Counted from the first letter of the stretch, positions 26,001 through 36,937 are shown. The stretch: DNA of 64,000 nucleotides from an uncultured Bifidobacteriaceae bacterium (GCA_964449815.1 CAYVGC010000006.1:8817-72816), one strand, 5' to 3'. Notes: generated from the letters alone by a model not told the origin. Translations and numbers: made by a program.

Positions 26001-27248
26001 TCACTTGGCGTTGGTAAAAACGGCTTTGACCGCGTCGAGATACGCCATGCCGTGAACCGAGTCCGGTTCCAGATAGCTGCCTTCCGTCCATTCGTTCCAG
26101 CAATTCAAGTTGAGGATGCGCAGGCCGTTGGTCTCGGCGAGCAGGCGTTGCCTGGCCAGTTCCAGGGCGGCGCGGAAATTTTCCGGCGTGTTGTCCTTGA
26201 TGGTGTTCATGAACGGGTAGCCGGAATTATCGAAGGTTTGGGACTGGTCGGCACGTGGACTGGGATCCCATCCCATCGTCACATTCGGAATGTAAGGGAC
26301 GCCAAATTTTGTCGCCGCGTTGGACCAGTAGTTGAAATATTCATCGCGGACGAAATTGTATCCGGTCTGCTGCTCCGGCAAGTTCGCGTGATGGATCCAA
26401 ACATAGGAAGTGGCGGAATCAAAGCCGAGGTTGCGGACCAGTTGGGCCGGGTCGGCCACGGTTTTTTCCGACGGCAAAATGGTCTGCCCCCACACGACCG
26501 CATTCAGGTGCAGGCCCGGCAGGCCGGCGGCAACCGCCCGGGCACGAAACGCGTCCAACGCGCTGCGCGTGGCTTCCACCGAGCCGAAGCTGGCAAGCAG
26601 ATTGCCCAGATCGTAAAACGAGAAATAGGGTTTGCCGTCAATGCGCCAGTAGTTCGTGCGGCTAAAATAATCCCGGATGAGATGGTTGCAGATTTTATCG
26701 AACGCGGCGGGCGTCACGCGGCCCGGATAAAGCGTCTTGTGCGGGTCGCCGCGATGAAAGGGCTGGATGTCCTGCCAGTCATGGTTCGCCCACATGAAGG
26801 CGAACTGGAGCCGCGCATTGTTGGTCGCCTGCAAAAATCCACGGTCAATCGGCCGATCCAAAAATGGACCGTCGTTGTAATAATACCAGTCGAAGATGAA
26901 CGCGCTGATGCCGTAGTCGGCGGCCGCGTTGATTTTATTGGCCATGACCGCCGGATCAGATTCGTCCTGGTAGCCCCACAAGGGCACATGCGGCTGCTGG
27001 TGTCCGGCAAATCGCGGCTTCGCATTCCTGACCAGTTCCCATTCAGACCAGTCCGCACCCTTGGTCTTCACGTTGCGCGGGTCGCCGGGATGGTAATTGC
27101 CAAAATAATAACTGACCACGGTGACGGGACGGGTGGCGGGGGAGGCGTTGGTGGCGTCGGCCCCCAAAAGCCTGGTGGCGGCAGTCGTGACAGCCAGCAA
27201 CATCATGGTTAGGAAAAAATGGGCACGGGAGGGTTTGATGGATTTCAT
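26001..27248 (-). CDS. GH99-like / WbsX-family glycoside hydrolase, secreted
   Basis: VVSYYFGNYHPGDPRN...PLWGYQDESDPAVM...YGISAFIFDWYYY...FMWANHDW. Signal peptide from MKSIKPS at 27248. Confidence 0.65.
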   Translation of the reverse strand: MKSIKPSRAHFFLTMMLLAVTTAATRLLGADATNASPATRPVTVVSYYFGNYHPGDPRNVKTKGADWSEWELVRNAKPRFAGHQQPHVPLWGYQDESDPAVMANKINAAADYGISAFIFDWYYYNDGPFLDRPIDRGFLQATNNARLQFAFMWANHDWQDIQPFHRGDPHKTLYPGRVTPAAFDKICNHLIRDYFSRTNYWRIDGKPYFSFYDLGNLLASFGSVEATRSALDAFRARAVAAGLPGLHLNAVVWGQTILPSEKTVADPAQLVRNLGFDSATSYVWIHHANLPEQQTGYNFVRDEYFNYWSNAATKFGVPYIPNVTMGWDPSPRADQSQTFDNSGYPFMNTIKDNTPENFRAALELARQRLLAETNGLRILNLNCWNEWTEGSYLEPDSVHGMAYLDAVKAVFTNAK

Positions 27249-27597
27249 GGCGCTGCTGTATGTTGATCGAGAACAGCCACGGTTGACAGTGAAAAGATCC
27301 CAGCGGCGAATGGGCTTTTCGTCAAACGTGCTCCCAGCCGGATACGAAATTCCTGCCGCGCAAAGCCTGCTTGCCCGCGACGGAAATCCCGTTTTAGAAG
27401 CGGGCATGAGCGGTTTTTCTTCGTGGTTGGCCACTGATCTTGGCCAGCTTCAAGTTTCTTCTGGAACCCGGCGAACGCTGGAAACCGCCCTTCGTTACAT
27501 CGCTTGTCAAAGCAGTGGTGACTTGAGGAATAATGTTCAAGCCTTATTCACTAAATTCATTTTCTGTCTGACGTTGCTGGCGTTGCAATCCATGAAC

Positions 27598-30138
27598 TCA
27601 CTGATTGCTCTGCGGATCAAAAAACAAGCCGCTCCAGACCGCATTATCGCCGCGCACATGATTCACCCGGACGCGCACCGATTGCCGGCAATCGTAAACG
27701 GCATAGACTCCCCCGGTGAAGTCAGAATAAACCCGGGTCGGCGCGATCAGTTTCCGGGTTTCCAGATCAAACAGCTCCACCGACTGGCGCCGGCCCTTAC
27801 GATCGAGATCCACAAAGTAAAGCGCCAGCTGGTATTCCGCGGGTTGTCTCAGCGCGACATCCACCACGAGACACTGCTGGCAGGCGGCGGGATTGCCGCA
27901 GTAGAACACACCGCGACAGCGCGCCGCGCCATTCGTCGGGTCCTGGGCCAAAGCCCGGAGGTCGGTCGGCCCGGACCAATCACCGGTGCGCCCCTGGCGA
28001 CGGGTGACTGCGGACACGTAGTCCGGAAGCTGGACGCGATCCTTGCCCGCTTCATCAGCACAAAATAAAACGCTGCCATCCAATCCATATTTTCCGCCCC
28101 AGTTGCCGCCGGTGGTGCGGTCTTCCTTCACGAAAGTCGTGGGGAACTGCCATGGCCCATCAGTGAAAGTCGGGGTCTTGCCGGAATAGGCCACCTTGAT
28201 TTCATAGGTGCCGGGCTGCACGTCGTTGAAAATCACAAAGTCCCGGTTGGTGTCCGCCCCGCCAATTCCCGGAACGGAATGGAAGACGCCATTTTTCCAA
28301 GCCAGCTTGCCGTTGATGCGGATGTTTTTGATGTTTTTTTCCACCGTGGGAATGCCGATGCGACCGGTGGTGCCTGCGGGCGCAGTAAGACTGGCCCTGC
28401 CTTGGGCGACATCAAAGGCGGCGCGAATGGTTCCCTTGGGCGTGGGCACCGCGCCGGACACGGAAGTCAGCGTCCGTCCGAGATGGGGAAAAACATCGTA
28501 GGTCGCGAAGCCGGGGGTGACGGGTTTGATGCCCAGGGTTTCCTCGGTCAGCCACTTGGTCACTCCGGCGCCCCAAGGATGACAGAGACTGGTGTAACCG
28601 GACTGGCAGTTTGGAACGGCGTCATTATGGCCGAGCACCTGCGCCCAAGCGGGCCAGAAGGTTTCAAAAAAACTGGTGCCGCCATATTCAATCTGGCCGC
28701 CCCAATCGTCGTGAATGGAAGCGAGGGCTTCGTCGTAACGGTTCATCCGGGCCATCGCCTGGATGATGAAATACTCGTTGAATGGGGAAAACGACAGGCG
28801 CGTGGCGCGATCGCCAAATTCCCGGTCGAAAAGCCGCGCCTGTTCGGTCGGCGTGGTGAAACCGGCATTGACCAAATCGGCGGCCGCGTGCAGTCCGAAA
28901 CGATCCAGCCATTGGCCTTTCGCCCGCAATTCCGCGATGCGCTGGTCGGCAATTTTCTGGAAGGATTCGCCCACGGCGGTTTCGCCAATGAAATTCATGC
29001 CCTGGGCAAATTCGCGGCAGGCCCGGATGAACAACATGCGATAGGCGTTCTTGGTTTCGGGCGTCGAGTTGGGATCTTCAAAACCCGCGCCCAGCCGTTC
29101 ATCCCAGCCGTAAAACGCGATCTGGGGATCGGCATAAACCTGGTTGGCATGTGCCAGCTTGGCCTGCACGTTGGGGGCATACTGCCGAAGCGCGGCCGTG
29201 TCGCCGCTGTAACGGTAGTAGTCCATCAAGCTCAAAATCCAGCAGAGCGAATAGCTTTCAATGCCGTTGTCCAACTTGGCGGTGCGGTCGAGATTGGCCT
29301 TCACAAAATCGCGGTTGCCAAAGGCGGCGAGCGCCGCCGCCTGCGCCGGATACGAATCGCCGGTCCAGGAGATGCGGTCGCTCCGTTCCATCAGGATGGC
29401 GCCAAAGCAATCCGGGAGCAGGTTTAACTTTACGCCATAAGCGCCGGTATACCAGATGCGCGTGAGTTCCGGATCGCTACAGGCAAAGCTGCCTTCGTAG
29501 TTGGCCGGCTTGATCTGGCAGACCAGCCGCACCGCCGTGATATGCCACGGCTGGTCAAAGGTGCGGACATGGATCCAGCCGAACCGCACCCCTTCATACA
29601 AGCTTTCGTTTAATTCCAGACGATAGGTCCGGCCATATTTGACCGGGGCCTTGGTTTTCACCGGGTTCTGCGCGCCGGCATTCACAATCGCCGGCTCGTT
29701 GTATTCGCTGATGCTCATTTCCACCGAGCCGGAAAAATCAGGACTATCGAATTCCAGCCAGGCGGCGCTCTCAACTCCGAAATCAAACCGAATTGAACCG
29801 GTGCCACTAACCAGCATCTGGCAATGTTCATTGGTGACAGAGTTAAGATTTCTGAAAGAATCCGGCGGGTCTGCTGATACGGCCACCGGCCCAAGCAGGT
29901 AGGTTTGCAATCCATCCCCAGCCTGCGGATTTGCCCAACGAAAATGAGCCAGCGGATCGGGCGATCCGGAGACAATCAAGTTTGAAAAAACGCCGCCGGA
30001 AAGCACTGGATACGGTTCGCTGATGGGGGAACTCCCTGCGAGCAGCCGGGCGTTGGAAGCCATCAAGACTGCGTTGGGCCATGACATCAGGCCGGTGGCG
30101 AAGGCCAATAATATAACGAATGACTTGGGTGGTTTCAT
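27598..30138 (-). CDS. Alpha-L-rhamnosidase-like six-hairpin glycosidase (GH78-like) with extra C-terminal domain, secreted
   Basis: MERSDRISWTGDSYPAQ, SLCHPWGAGVTKWLTEETLGIKP and VPTPKGTI resemble the GH78 catalytic (alpha/alpha)6 domain. Start moved to MKPPKSF at 30138. Confidence 0.6.
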   Translation of the reverse strand: MKPPKSFVILLAFATGLMSWPNAVLMASNARLLAGSSPISEPYPVLSGGVFSNLIVSGSPDPLAHFRWANPQAGDGLQTYLLGPVAVSADPPDSFRNLNSVTNEHCQMLVSGTGSIRFDFGVESAAWLEFDSPDFSGSVEMSISEYNEPAIVNAGAQNPVKTKAPVKYGRTYRLELNESLYEGVRFGWIHVRTFDQPWHITAVRLVCQIKPANYEGSFACSDPELTRIWYTGAYGVKLNLLPDCFGAILMERSDRISWTGDSYPAQAAALAAFGNRDFVKANLDRTAKLDNGIESYSLCWILSLMDYYRYSGDTAALRQYAPNVQAKLAHANQVYADPQIAFYGWDERLGAGFEDPNSTPETKNAYRMLFIRACREFAQGMNFIGETAVGESFQKIADQRIAELRAKGQWLDRFGLHAAADLVNAGFTTPTEQARLFDREFGDRATRLSFSPFNEYFIIQAMARMNRYDEALASIHDDWGGQIEYGGTSFFETFWPAWAQVLGHNDAVPNCQSGYTSLCHPWGAGVTKWLTEETLGIKPVTPGFATYDVFPHLGRTLTSVSGAVPTPKGTIRAAFDVAQGRASLTAPAGTTGRIGIPTVEKNIKNIRINGKLAWKNGVFHSVPGIGGADTNRDFVIFNDVQPGTYEIKVAYSGKTPTFTDGPWQFPTTFVKEDRTTGGNWGGKYGLDGSVLFCADEAGKDRVQLPDYVSAVTRRQGRTGDWSGPTDLRALAQDPTNGAARCRGVFYCGNPAACQQCLVVDVALRQPAEYQLALYFVDLDRKGRRQSVELFDLETRKLIAPTRVYSDFTGGVYAVYDCRQSVRVRVNHVRGDNAVWSGLFFDPQSNQ

Positions 30139-30295
30139 GGAATGCCGGAAGTATGGCCCAAACGCCGCCGGAAAGCAAAAGATGGCCGGCTTTTTCGTGA
30201 AATCACGCGCGCAAACAATCACCTGCTCCAGACTGGTCAGCTTGCGCTCGCGGGCGTCCGGCGCCCGGACGGTGAACGTGGGGATGCCAGTTTGA

Positions 30296-31276
30296 TTACC
30301 AGAAAGCCACACTGGAGTAGTCATCTTCGCGCTCGTTCCAGCTCATGGATTTGTGGTTCGGATTCTCGTCCGGCGACGTCCATCCAAAGTGCTCAAATGT
30401 CACTTTGATCCCCCGATTGAACACGATTGGATCGTTGAGATGCCAGCGATAGGCGCTGTAATGCGCATCGTTTCGCGCCAGACAACGCTCCACTCCGCTG
30501 CGCACTGCCGGGCCAGCGTTTTGGCGGAGGTGGTTGGGCATCCGTCCGGAGAGCCGCAAGGCTTCGCACGTCCGCAAACCGGTGAACGCTTCAAACATCA
30601 TTTGCCAGCCGAGCGTCTCGGCGCGGGTGTCGGCAAACATCAGCGCGGCGATTTCATGGAGCGCCGCGGTGTCATGCGGCATGAACTCCCGGCAGTGCCG
30701 GACATTTTTGGCGCAGCAATAGCGCGGACGCCGGAAGTTAAGCGGGTTTTGCCGGATGAGGTCGCACCGCATGGCCCAGAGGACGGCGTTGCTCAAGGTG
30801 TTGAATTCCATGTCCACGGCCCGGTCGCCGCGTCCTTTCGTGGCGTGCTTCCGCCGCCACTCATGGTAGCGGTCGCACTCAACGAGACAGATTTCAGTGG
30901 CCTGGACTTTGTCCCAGAACTTCAACAGCACGGAACAATTCCGCTTTTCCAATTCCAGGGTGCGGCCAAGGCGGGGTTGTTTCTGCCGGTCGGGATAACC
31001 ATCTTTTTGGTATCGGCGGAGAATATCGCCTAAGGTCACGGCGGCGGGTTCGCTTTTCACCAAGAGGGCATGGCTGACCCCGGCCCGACGACGATGCAAT
31101 TCCTCGCGGGCGTGTTTCAAATTGGCGGTGTCGAGTGACCGCCAGGTGCGCCGGCCTTTGATGCTGGGGCGTTCAAAATCAACGCCGTTGGAGATGTTGC
31201 GGTAGAGGCCGGTTTCAACGAATTGGAATCGGGAAACGGCTACCCCTTTTTTGACTGGACGGATTTCTTTCTTCAT
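30296..31276 (-). pseudogene. Chimeric ORF: the first ~240 residues of a tyrosine integrase fused to the C-terminal ~60-80 aa of a DUF2961 (GH172-like) protein
   Basis: The integrase part runs to box I (LGWQMMFEAFTGLRTCEALRL); the downstream catalytic H-x-x-R/Y region is missing. The tail HYSAYRWHLNDPIVFNRGIKVTFEHFGWT...EDDYSSVAFW is a DUF2961-type C-terminus. It lies adjacent to the tRNA 3' end. Confidence 0.6.
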
Positions 31277-31402
31277 GTTGCATTTTTCGTTTGGCAACGA
31301 TTTGCAACTGAATTTCTGAAGCGTTTTTCCAGTGGTGAACTACAAACTGGACCACAGCGACTCTGTCTGCGGAGGCGGGCGTGAGAAACACCGCGTAAAA
31401 TA

Positions 31403-31479
31403 TGGTGCACCCATCAAGAGTTGAACTTGAAACCTGCTGATCCGTAGTCAGCCGCTCTATCCAATTGAGCTATGGGTGC
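31403..31479 (-). tRNA. tRNA-Arg (anticodon ACG), CCA encoded
   Basis: The reverse complement GCACCCATAGCTCAATTGGATAGAGCGGCTGACTACGGATCAGCAGGTTTCAAGTTCAACTCTTGATGGGTGCACCA folds as a cloverleaf: 7-bp acceptor stem GCACCCA/TGGGTGC, anticodon stem GCTGA/TCAGC and loop CTACGGA. Confidence 0.9.
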
Positions 31480-31616
31480 AACCGTTATTGACAATTTTAC
31501 GGCTATTTAGACTGTTTTCGTTTGAATGTGTGCCACTTTTTACGCTACTGCTACGGCATGAAACGACTTGACACAGCTTGCGTCGCCGCGCAACTCAAAA
31601 TCGAGTTGTTTTTCTC

Positions 31617-32007
31617 ATGCCGACGGCAAGTTATCAGAAAATCTTCGATGACCGCAAGCGCAGAGTGCGCGGCTTGTGGTGGAGCCTGGCTGGTCTTTCC
31701 GTGGCGGATGCCAGCACGGGCGCAAGTCCGTCCAGCGCGTCCGGCTTGATTCCGCCGAGGCCGCGTTGTTCTGCAAACTTTGCAAAAAAACCGGCACGAC
31801 CATAATCTGCCCGTGCTCAAGCACAGTCCACGCCTCACAATTATTGGTCTGAAAACCTTAAATTTTATGACGTGGCCAAAGCCGCCAAACAACCGCAAGA
31901 CTTTGCGGGCGAAGCGTTGCGCCTGCGACCGGTGGTTGAAACATCTCGGCGCACTTCAGCTCAATGAAATCACCCGTGTCCACTTGAACACCTTCATTGC
32001 CAAATGA
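31617..32007 (+). pseudogene. Frameshifted, truncated N-terminal fragment of a second tyrosine integrase
   Basis: MPTASYQKIFDDRKRRVRGLW (frame 1), then after a frameshift ...NLPVLKHSP...RKTLRAKRCACDRWLKHLGALQLNEITRVHLNTFIAK-stop. This matches the usual integrase N-terminal/SAM-like layout. No catalytic domain follows. Confidence 0.5.
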
Positions 32008-32254
32008 CAGGTGGCGAAGCTCTAGCCGCGCTCCTCATTCCATTTCCAGCGCACAGAGTGGGATGAAAATTGGCCAGATCATTTTTGAATCCAGTCCAGC
32101 AAGTTTGCGCGGATATTTCTCATGTCATCCGCCTGTGCCATGAAGGAATTCGTGCGCGCGCCCCACCCGCGACCAAAATGGAAACGCCGACAATGACAAG
32201 GATGAGGATGGTGGCAATCACATTTTTCAAACCGGCGAGTCGGCACACATCATT

Positions 32255-34609
32255 CTATTTCGACCCACCGAAGTTGCGCTCAAAAAAATCCTCCAGCCGG
32301 CGCCTGCCGTATTCGGTGGACAACACGCCGTGGCCCTGGCCGGGCATGATGAACAGCTCGAAATTTTTGTCCGCCTTCACCAGCGCGTTCACCACCTGCA
32401 TCGTGCTCGCCGGGTCCACGTTCTTGTCCATTTCGCCGGCCATGAGCAGCAGCTTGCCGCGCAGCTTGTGCGCGTCCGTCACGCACGAACTGCGCGCGTA
32501 GCTGTCGTCCACCGGCCAGCCCATCCACTGCTCGTTCCACCAGATTTTGTCCATGCGATTGTCGTAGCAGCCGGAGTCCGCCACGCCGGCCTGATAAAAA
32601 TCGCCGTGATCCAGCAACCCGCGCAACGCGTCCTGTCCGCCCGCCGACGTGCCGTAAATGCCCGCGCGCGACAAATCCATCGCCGGAAATTTTTTCGCCG
32701 CCGCGCGCAGCCACAAAATGCGGTCGGGAAAACCGGCGTCGCGCAAATTTTTCCAGCAGACATCGTGAAACGATTTCGAGCGGTTCGCCGTGCCCATGCC
32801 GTCCATCTGCGCGACGATGAAACCATCGTCCGCGAGCCTTTGTTGCTGGTAGGTCGTGTGAAAATTTTTCGGCGTGAACGAATCCTGCGGCCCGGCGTAA
32901 ATGTCCTCGATGACCGGATATTTTTTCTTCGGATTGAAATTTTTCGGAAACCAGAGCGCGCCGTAAATGTCCGTCACGCCGTCGCGCGCCTTCGCCACGA
33001 ATGCCTGCGGCATGGCCACCTTGCCTACGACCTCGGCAACTTCCAATTGGCAAATCAATTTACCATCGGCGCAGCGGCGCAAATCCGTGACCGGCGGCGC
33101 GTCCACGCGCGACCAGGTGTCCACGACATATTTCCGGTCGGGCGAAAACTGCGCGGTGTGCGTGCCGTCGCCGCCGGTGAGAACCGTCAGGCCGGTGCCG
33201 TCGAAATTCACGCGGCAGAACTGGACAAAATATGGATCCTGCCCCGGCACGATGCCGCCGGCCTGAAACCAAATCTGCCGGTTCGCGCGGTCCACGAAAT
33301 CCACGCCGCGCACCACCCATTCGCCCTTGGTGATCTGATTTTTCCCCGCGCCGGGTTTGGCGTCGTAAAGATAAAGATGATTCCAGCCGTCGCGCTCGGA
33401 CATCCAAATAATTTCGCCGGTGTCATCCAAGTATTCGCAGAAAAATTTGCCGGAATAATCAATGAACGTTTTGCTCTCCTCGTCAATGATCGGTTTCACC
33501 GCGCCGGTCTGCGCGTCCACAGCGAGAATGCGCAGCACCTGGTGCCCGCGCTGGTTGAACTGAAACGTGAACCGCGACGAATCCTTGTCCCAGCGCAGGT
33601 CGTCAATGCTCCACGGATTTTTGAACAGTTCGTCGCTGACAGGAATTTCATTTTTCGTTTCAATGTCAAACAAGTGCGGCTTGCGGATCGGCACGTTGTC
33701 GCCCGGTTTCAAATACGGATACGACTCCAGCTTCGGCTGAAGCTGGTCTTCCGGCGACGATTCGATGAGATAAACCCGGCGGTCCGTGCCGGGCTGATGG
33801 CGCATGGCGACGACATGCTTCGAGTCCGGCGACCAGAACACTTCCGGCGTAGGCGTGGCGGGATCGCGCTGGTCATATTCCATTTCGATGGCGCGATTGG
33901 CTTGCTCGTTGCGGGCGTAGGAATTGGTGGCACAACCGTCGGTCGTGAGTTGCGTTTCGTTGGTCGTGCCGAGTTCGCGGAGAAACAAATTGGAATCGCG
34001 CACGAACACCGTCCATTTGCCATCAGGCGAATTGTCCCCGCGCGCGGCAGCGTCGCGACGAAAATTTGCGTTGCGCGGACCACGGCGGCGCGGGCCGTCC
34101 GGCTGGCGACCGTCAATGATCGCCACGCCCGGCATATCCTCGGCTTCAAAGACGGCGATGTTGTTGGAGTTCGCCGACGTCACGAGCCACACGTGGCCGA
34201 CGAAAGTGTGTTGCGTGTGCTTTTCGCCGGCGGAGATGCTGCCGTAGGGCACGCGGCTGCCGCCGGAGTCAATCCAGAACAGCTTCACCGTTTCGCCAAG
34301 CCGGTTTTCAAACGTCACGTCCGTGTCCACCGCGCTTTCGCGCGACGGATGCGGCGCTCGCAGCACCGGCAGCGAACCGTCACCGGAATTTTCCCGATGC
34401 GACGCCGTCTGCCGCGCGCCGGTTTCGGCGTTGATGGTGACGAACTCCGACTTGCCGTTTGGCAGATTCACGCGATACCAAAACTGGTTCGTCGCGCCGT
34501 CCGCACCCGCGAACCAGTGCGGCTCGACGTGGTCGCGAAAGACTTTTTGCGCCACGCCGGAGCTGACCGAGCAAGAAACGAATGCGAGCGCAAAAAAGAA
34601 TATTCTCAT
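32255..34609 (-). CDS. S9-family serine peptidase, dipeptidyl-peptidase IV-like
   Basis: N-terminal beta-propeller region plus C-terminal alpha/beta hydrolase with GTSAGG (G-x-S-x-G-G) and ...DKNV...GQGHG. Confidence 0.8.
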   Translation of the reverse strand: MRIFFFALAFVSCSVSSGVAQKVFRDHVEPHWFAGADGATNQFWYRVNLPNGKSEFVTINAETGARQTASHRENSGDGSLPVLRAPHPSRESAVDTDVTFENRLGETVKLFWIDSGGSRVPYGSISAGEKHTQHTFVGHVWLVTSANSNNIAVFEAEDMPGVAIIDGRQPDGPRRRGPRNANFRRDAAARGDNSPDGKWTVFVRDSNLFLRELGTTNETQLTTDGCATNSYARNEQANRAIEMEYDQRDPATPTPEVFWSPDSKHVVAMRHQPGTDRRVYLIESSPEDQLQPKLESYPYLKPGDNVPIRKPHLFDIETKNEIPVSDELFKNPWSIDDLRWDKDSSRFTFQFNQRGHQVLRILAVDAQTGAVKPIIDEESKTFIDYSGKFFCEYLDDTGEIIWMSERDGWNHLYLYDAKPGAGKNQITKGEWVVRGVDFVDRANRQIWFQAGGIVPGQDPYFVQFCRVNFDGTGLTVLTGGDGTHTAQFSPDRKYVVDTWSRVDAPPVTDLRRCADGKLICQLEVAEVVGKVAMPQAFVAKARDGVTDIYGALWFPKNFNPKKKYPVIEDIYAGPQDSFTPKNFHTTYQQQRLADDGFIVAQMDGMGTANRSKSFHDVCWKNLRDAGFPDRILWLRAAAKKFPAMDLSRAGIYGTSAGGQDALRGLLDHGDFYQAGVADSGCYDNRMDKIWWNEQWMGWPVDDSYARSSCVTDAHKLRGKLLLMAGEMDKNVDPASTMQVVNALVKADKNFELFIMPGQGHGVLSTEYGRRRLEDFFERNFGGSK

Positions 34610-34615
34610 CGCGAA

Positions 34616-36937
34616 TTATTTTTGCACCAGCGCGTCGCCGACGTAAATGCGGTAATCCTTGATGCGCCCGCCGCCTTCGCCCTGGCGCGGGACGTAGCGG
34701 AAACCGGAAATTGTCTGCGACTGGCCGAGGTTCAAAATCAGCCGGTGCGGATGATTCGGCGAGGCGTTCTTCCATTCCGTGTGCCAGAAATTCGCCGTCT
34801 GGCCGTCAATCGCGTTTTCCGCCGAGCCGTCCTCGGCCGTGCGCTCCTCGCTGTCCACGTAGGCAATCGTCCAGCCGTTGTGGCTGATCGCATTGCCGGC
34901 GGCATCAAGCAAATCCAATTCGGCGACGGCGGCGTAGGGCTTGCCGTCCTGGGCGTTCAGCGATTCGAGGCAGAAAAATTTCCCGGTGGCTGGCGCGGCG
35001 AACTTGATTTCCTGCGTGTCCGCGCCCGGCGCAAACGTGCCGCTGTGAACCGGCGTCGCGGAATCGAGATTCAACTTCACCACGGGCCGATGCGTCTGGG
35101 CGAAATCCTTTTCAGGATGCAATTCGTCGAGCACCGGTTTTTCGAGGCCGGCGACGGTGTGCTTCTCCGAGCCAATCGTGTCGAGAATTATGATTTCATT
35201 TTCGCCGGCGTGTAACCAGCAGCCGGGCGCGTAGGCTGTTTGCGTCGGACCGATGTTCCAATAACGGCCCAGGCAATGGCCGTTGACCCACACATCGCCC
35301 TTGCCCCAGTTGTGCAAATCCAAAAACGTGTCGCCGGCCTTTTCCAGCGTGAATGTGCCGCGCCAGAACGCGGGAGCGTTCGCCTCCGGTTTTGCGCTAG
35401 TGAATTTCAAGCCTGCCAGCATCTTGTCATCGAGCGGCAGATTGAAAATTTCCCAGCCTTTCAAAACTTCGCCGGCCAGCTTCACCGGCGCAATCAACCC
35501 TTTGCGGTCGGCCATTTCCGGGCCGAAGTTGATGCGGCCTTGCGGCTCGACAAGGATGTCAAGTTGCGCTTCCTGCGCGCGTTCCGGCGAAGTGATTTGC
35601 GCCTTTGCGCTACGACGATCCAAAATGCCGACGCGTTTGCCATCAAGAAAAACGCAGCCGAAATCGTGGATGGCCACGGCTTCCAGCGTCGCTGCCGCGC
35701 CCGCAGGAATTTTGATGCGATACAAAATGCAGCCATAGCCCTGGTCGTAGGCTTCCATGTTGCGCGGTGTTTCGTCTTTCACCGCCGCCGGAAGATTTTC
35801 AAAAATCGGCGCGACTTCTTTCAATTCTACCGGCGCAAACGATACGACAGGATTTTGCGCGGGCGGTTCCGGCAATTTTTCGCCGGGCAGAAGATATTTT
35901 GCGAACAGCTCGCGTGTCTGGAAAAATTTCGGCGTGGCCCAGCCGGCTTCGCTGATCGGCGCGTCGTAATCGTAGCTGGACGTGTCCGGCTTGAACGGCC
36001 GGTCGCACCCGGACCACAGCCCGAACGTCGTGCCGCCATGCGCCATGTAAATGCTGAACGACGCGCCCATGTCGAGCATGAGTTTCAAGTTGGGCAGATA
36101 ATTTTCCGGTTTGCCGAGGTGATGTGGCTGGCCCCAAGTGTCAAACCAACCAGGATAAAATTCACTGCAAATCAACGGACCGGTCGGCTGGATTTTGCGC
36201 ACTTTCGCAAAGTTTTTTTCCACGTCGCTGCCAAAATTTCCCGCCTGAAACAAGTTTGTGAGCAGTCCGTTACGCATCATGTCCGGCGGATTGCATTCAA
36301 ACAGTGGCACGTCAAAACCCGCGTCCACCAAAGCTTTTCTGATTTCATCCATGTAGCCGGCGTCCTTGCCGTAGAAGCCGTATTCGTTTTCCACCTGCGC
36401 CATGATGATCGGGCCGCCGTGCGTGATTTGCAGCGGGCCGAGCACGCGGCCAACTTCTTTCAAATAGGATTTCACGGCGTTGATGTAGCGCGGATCGCGG
36501 GTGCGGAGCTGGATGTCGTCGCTTTTCAACAGCCACCACGGCGTGCCGCCCATTTCCCATTCGGCGCAGGCATACGGGCCGGGCCGCAGAATCACCCACA
36601 AGCCTTCCTCCTGCGCGATGCGGCAAAACTGCGCGTCGTCGGCCTGGCCGGTCCAGACGTATTCGCCGGGCTTTGGCTCGTGCAAATTCCAAAACAGGTA
36701 GGCGCAGACTGTGTTCAAACCCATTGCCTTGGCCATCTGCAAACGGTGCCGCCAGTATTCCATCGGCACGCGCGCGGCGTGGATTTCGCCGCAGCGGATT
36801 TGCAAACGCTGGCCGTCCAGCAGAAAATCATTCGTGCCAATGGCGAAGGTGTGCGTGGCGGAAATGTCCGCAGCGTGCGAGGTAACGACAAAGGCGTAAG
36901 CCAGCGCCGCTAGAATCGAAGCAAGTTTCGGTTTCAT
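34616..36937 (-). CDS. Beta-galactosidase (GH35) with C-terminal F5/8 type C (discoidin) domain, secreted
   Basis: RCGEIHAARVPMEYWRHRL, QVENEYG and the C-terminal AIDGQTANFWHTEW...ISGFRYVPRQ. Start moved to MKPKLAS at 36937. Confidence 0.85.
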   Translation of the reverse strand: MKPKLASILAALAYAFVVTSHAADISATHTFAIGTNDFLLDGQRLQIRCGEIHAARVPMEYWRHRLQMAKAMGLNTVCAYLFWNLHEPKPGEYVWTGQADDAQFCRIAQEEGLWVILRPGPYACAEWEMGGTPWWLLKSDDIQLRTRDPRYINAVKSYLKEVGRVLGPLQITHGGPIIMAQVENEYGFYGKDAGYMDEIRKALVDAGFDVPLFECNPPDMMRNGLLTNLFQAGNFGSDVEKNFAKVRKIQPTGPLICSEFYPGWFDTWGQPHHLGKPENYLPNLKLMLDMGASFSIYMAHGGTTFGLWSGCDRPFKPDTSSYDYDAPISEAGWATPKFFQTRELFAKYLLPGEKLPEPPAQNPVVSFAPVELKEVAPIFENLPAAVKDETPRNMEAYDQGYGCILYRIKIPAGAAATLEAVAIHDFGCVFLDGKRVGILDRRSAKAQITSPERAQEAQLDILVEPQGRINFGPEMADRKGLIAPVKLAGEVLKGWEIFNLPLDDKMLAGLKFTSAKPEANAPAFWRGTFTLEKAGDTFLDLHNWGKGDVWVNGHCLGRYWNIGPTQTAYAPGCWLHAGENEIIILDTIGSEKHTVAGLEKPVLDELHPEKDFAQTHRPVVKLNLDSATPVHSGTFAPGADTQEIKFAAPATGKFFCLESLNAQDGKPYAAVAELDLLDAAGNAISHNGWTIAYVDSEERTAEDGSAENAIDGQTANFWHTEWKNASPNHPHRLILNLGQSQTISGFRYVPRQGEGGGRIKDYRIYVGDALVQK

